DNA of 63,005 nucleotides, filler included, from Bdellovibrionales bacterium RIFOXYD12_FULL_39_22 (GTDB lineage Bacteria; Bdellovibrionota; Bacteriovoracia; Bacteriovoracales; Bacteriovoracaceae): NCBI GenBank assembly GCA_001770205.1. It is 8 parts of 8 records of this genome, joined end to end, with 100 filler letters (N's around TTAATTAATTAA, not from the genome) between each part and the next. Parts side by side here need not be neighbours in the genome. Positions count along the whole stretch, not along the records: positions 57,173 to 63,005 come from MEQL01000026.1; 7 more parts are not named here. One strand, 5' to 3'. Shown piece by piece: positions 60,136 to 63,005 of this stretch (position 1 is its first letter; each line of letters starts with the position of its first letter). The notes under the pieces were generated by a model. It saw only the letters and a program-made list of their open reading frames with translations, ran no database searches and was not told where the DNA came from. The position numbers and the translations under genes were made by a program.

Positions 60136-61090
60136 CTAAAGTGTGAATCTTGGCCGATCATTCTCCTTTCCCTTTAAATCGTTATATCCTATTTTAATCA
60201 TCTCTTCAAATTCTTCCGGCGGAATATATCCCAAACTAGAGTGGAGGCGTTTTTTGTTATAAACTTCCTCGATAAAATTTGGGAGATTTTCTACCACATC
60301 CAGGTACGTTTCATAATGGCCCATATAGATCTCGTCATATTTTAAAGTTTTCATAAATGACTCTAGCCAAGCATTATCGTAAGGATTACCTCGACTGGAG
60401 CACGATATATGGAACCCAGCCTCCTTCAAAATCTTTACATAGTCGTCACAAAGATACTGGACACCACGATCACTATGATGAATCACTTCTCGTGGAGGCT
60501 TCCTGCATAGTATCGCCATTTTCAACGCATCGATAGTAAGTGCAGCGTCGATTCTCTTTGAGATAGCGTGGCCAATAACTTTCCAAGAGTAGAGGTCTAG
60601 AATTACAGCTAGAAAAACAAATCCGTTATTGATTCGAATATAGGTTATATCCGCGGCCCACATCTGATTAATATTATCAATGGTCATATCTTTTATAAGA
60701 TTTGGGTGAGTAAGACAGTCGTGGTTAGAGTCAGTCGTTTTAATAAACTGTTTTCGGGGACGGATTTGAAGATTAAATTTTTTTATTATCCGCCGGAGCT
60801 TCCTTTCCCCAATGAAAATTCCACTTCTTTTCAGGTGATGAACTAGCGGGCGGTACCCGGCACGTTTGTAAGTTATCCTCAACTGCTCTATTTTATCTCT
60901 GACATCTGCATCTCGTTCTTCTTGTTCTGCCCTAGAGATTTTAGGATCGGCGTAGTATGTTGACATTGATATTTTCATTATTTCACACGCCCTTTGTTTC
61001 GTCCCAATTTCTTGGTAGTGGCGATCAATCCAGTCAATTCGCTCTCCGGTGCTGAGATCCTCGGGAAGTGGAGTTTTTTTAAAAGGTCTA
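60136..61090 (-). CDS. IS3 transposase OrfB (DDE integrase core)
   Basis: WAADITY, HHSDRGVQY, DNAWLESF, YNKKRLHSSLGY. Confidence 0.95.
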
Positions 61091-61381
61091 TGATAATTGC
61101 TTGCTAATTGCTTGCTCTGCAACTTTTTTTTGGTATTCCGCAACTTCGTCCTCTAGTTGCACAATCTTTTTTGTCTGCTCCTTTGGATTACCACTGGCCA
61201 TAAGCTCATCAACTCTAATACCCTTCGTCTTCTCTGCTAAAGATGTTCGCCAGGCATAAATGGTTTGTGGTGCGACGTTAAGTTCCTCGGCAATTTCATT
61301 GGCCGTTCTAGCACCAGAGATATAATCATCTACAGCTTGGTGCTTAACTGTGTCTGATATTCGTTTTCGTTTTTCTTTCAT
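61088..61381 (-). CDS. IS3 OrfA (HTH), prematurely stopped by an 11-bp duplication
   Basis: IAEELNVAPQTIYAW; AATTGCTTGCT tandem at 61095-61116. Confidence 0.85.
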   Translation of the reverse strand: MKEKRKRISDTVKHQAVDDYISGARTANEIAEELNVAPQTIYAWRTSLAEKTKGIRVDELMASGNPKEQTKKIVQLEDEVAEYQKKVAEQAISKQLS

Positions 61382-61488
61382 CTGATCAACTCCTTCTTGT
61401 ATTCCTGTTATTATACACTACAGAGAAGTTGATCGATCAAGACTGGTAATTTACGCTACATTGACTCCGATTTTACGCCCGCACTCCA

Positions 61489-61671
61489 GTCGTTGATGAG
61501 TACTTTTAATTGTCGCTTGACAATCTCTGTCAGTGGAGTTCGGTCTCTCAGAAATTCATAAAGCAAATCCTCTACTTTTTCTTTTTGAAAAGAAGTTGAA
61601 ACTTGAGAACTTTCGTTAATAATAATAATTTTTTCCACGCTATCCCTCCTGGATAAAAAATAATTTTCCAT
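61489..61671 (-). pseudogene. 5' fragment of a gene cut by IS3 (weakly resembles a tyrosine-recombinase N-terminus)
   Basis: ORF runs into the IS3 end; EFLRDRTPLT. Confidence 0.3.
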
Positions 61672-61811
61672 CGCCTAATTGCTATGGAAATATTATTCTC
61701 TCTTAAATCTGAAAAATTGATTAGGTTTTAGAAGAATACCCGCTTTTTCAAGGCTTGATTTATTTACGTTTATGGGTTATACTAAGTATAACTCATAAAT
61801 TAGGAGAAGTT

Positions 61812-62045
61812 ATGCGAACAACGAAAGTTTTAGCATTTTCGGTGCCTCCAGAAATGGAAGTAGAGATAATAAAAACAGCAAAAAAACAGCATCGCACGCT
61901 AAGCGAATTTATTCGAGAAGCATTACGACAATACATGGAGCACTCGGAAATTGCACAAATCAAATCAAAATTACGAAAAAAGGCAAAGAGCTCTGGCCTT
62001 CGGCCATCTGACGTCGAAGATCTTGTGGATTCTTATCGCAAATGA
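61812..62045 (+). CDS. CopG/RHH antitoxin
   Basis: AFSVPPEM..RTLSEFIREALRQY; AGGAG RBS. Confidence 0.85.
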   Translation: MRTTKVLAFSVPPEMEVEIIKTAKKQHRTLSEFIREALRQYMEHSEIAQIKSKLRKKAKSSGLRPSDVEDLVDSYRK

Positions 62046-62458
62046 AAATCCGAGCTGTAATCGATACCAACGTAATTATTTCTGCACTCCTTTTTGGCGG
62101 ATTACCAGAAAAAGTGCTGAGCCTTGTTATTTCAAAAAAAATTGAATTAATTCTTTCCCCTAGTATTCGGGATGAAATTGAAAGAGTTCTTTTAGATCCT
62201 AAGTTTTCTCTTTCAACAAAGGAAGTTTCAATCTTGCTTTCTGCTATCGACAAGGTGGCCACTTTTGTGCTTCCTAGCGAAAAGATTACTTTAATAAAAA
62301 GAAAAGATTCCGACAATCGGATACTCGAAGCTGCCGTCTGTGGTAATGCCAATTATATTGTGACTGGTGACAAGCAAGACCTTCTACCTCTCAAGAAGTA
62401 TTTGAATATTTTAATTATTTCTCCGAAGCAATTCCTTGAAGCATGCCAAACGCATTAA
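62042..62458 (+). CDS. PIN-family toxin (PIN_3 type)
   Basis: VIDTNVIISA, DNRILEAA, IVTGDKQDLL; ATGA overlap. Confidence 0.92.
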   Translation: MKIRAVIDTNVIISALLFGGLPEKVLSLVISKKIELILSPSIRDEIERVLLDPKFSLSTKEVSILLSAIDKVATFVLPSEKITLIKRKDSDNRILEAAVCGNANYIVTGDKQDLLPLKKYLNILIISPKQFLEACQTH

Positions 62459-62656
62459 ATTTCATGCTTTCAGTATCGGGCAAGTGACATTCCTGATAAT
62501 TATGCTTTTGGTTGAAATAACCAGCAAGTTAAAAGCAAAACGGTTGTTTTCAGTAAGTCCTTCATAGTGACACCTGGCTAAAATGGTTGTTCCGTATATT
62601 TTCAGGTTTTAAAGCGTTGCCATGGGATAGTACTTAACGAAGAAGAAAAGCAAATC

Positions 62657-62935
62657 ATGAGTGAAATTGAGACGATTGAATCTATTAGATGTGGAATAAG
62701 TTTTTTATTTGAAATTGATCTTAATAAAGATTCGAGCCTGGCCTCTAAGCATTATTTGAATAGATTTCAGTCTTTGGGAGAAAATAATCCTGATGTATGG
62801 GCATACGATTCATTTCGTAGTATTGATCCATTTTATGTTCATAACTACGTTATTGCCGAATTAATAGGGGCTGATATTATCTCCAACCTTAGGGAGCAAT
62901 TCTGGTTATCAACCATTTATGGGTTAAGGAAATAG
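62657..62935 (+). CDS. Hypothetical protein
   Basis: 92-aa ATG ORF, no recognised motif. Confidence 0.35.
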   Translation: MSEIETIESIRCGISFLFEIDLNKDSSLASKHYLNRFQSLGENNPDVWAYDSFRSIDPFYVHNYVIAELIGADIISNLREQFWLSTIYGLRK

Positions 62936-63005
62936 TACAAAAGTTATATTCAATCGGAGGAAGTAGTAAATTGGCCCATTCACTTAAGCCTTATCTATCA
63001 CCAAA

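Larger units (their letters stand above)
60103..61488 (-). mobile_element. IS3-family insertion sequence
   Basis: Imperfect TIRs of about 34 bp starting TGGAGTGCGGGCGT; orfA/orfB with A7 slippery site; no target duplication seen. Confidence 0.95.

Noticed and set aside
1330..62352. Numerous 60-165 aa ORFs antisense to or nested in confident genes (for example 2027-2482, 4313-4735, 25585-26016, 40463-40960)
   Set aside because: Shadow ORFs with no RBS or motif support

Overview
The window is not one continuous locus. It joins eight draft contigs (1-8419, 8520-20386, 20487-28543, 28644-36081, 36182-42984, 43085-51055, 51156-57072, 57173-63005) with artificial 100-nt N/TTAATTAATTAA linkers, and most contigs break at IS ends. 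The DNA is AT-rich accessory/mobile DNA, probably from a Bdellovibrionota-like bacterium (inferred from the regulator and secreted-protein types). Main contents: (1) parts of a conjugative/T4SS element: VirB8/9/10-like genes, a VirD4/TraD coupling protein, a Replic_Relax-type protein beside a cruciform and a 157-nt G-free tract, and on another contig a VirB2-like pilin preceded by a lipoprotein resembling anthrax protective antigen/binary toxin B; (2) a serine resolvase and two paralogous recombinase-domain modules whose homology ends at a tRNA-3'-like motif; (3) an array of co-oriented GNAT/VOC/methyltransferase genes; (4) YhcG with in-frame 27-bp palindromes; (5) a HEPN-MNT pair plus RND efflux system bounded by a 26-bp perfect inverted repeat; (6) a large double beta-propeller surface lipoprotein; (7) a YydG/EpeE-like radical SAM enzyme next to small secreted proteins, a GNAT-like gene and a peptide-binding protein (candidate new RiPP/signalling system); (8) IS3, IS66, ISAzo13 and IS5 remnants and three toxin-antitoxin pairs. 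No rRNA, complete tRNA or CRISPR array was seen. Family assignments come from motif recognition by eye, not database searches.
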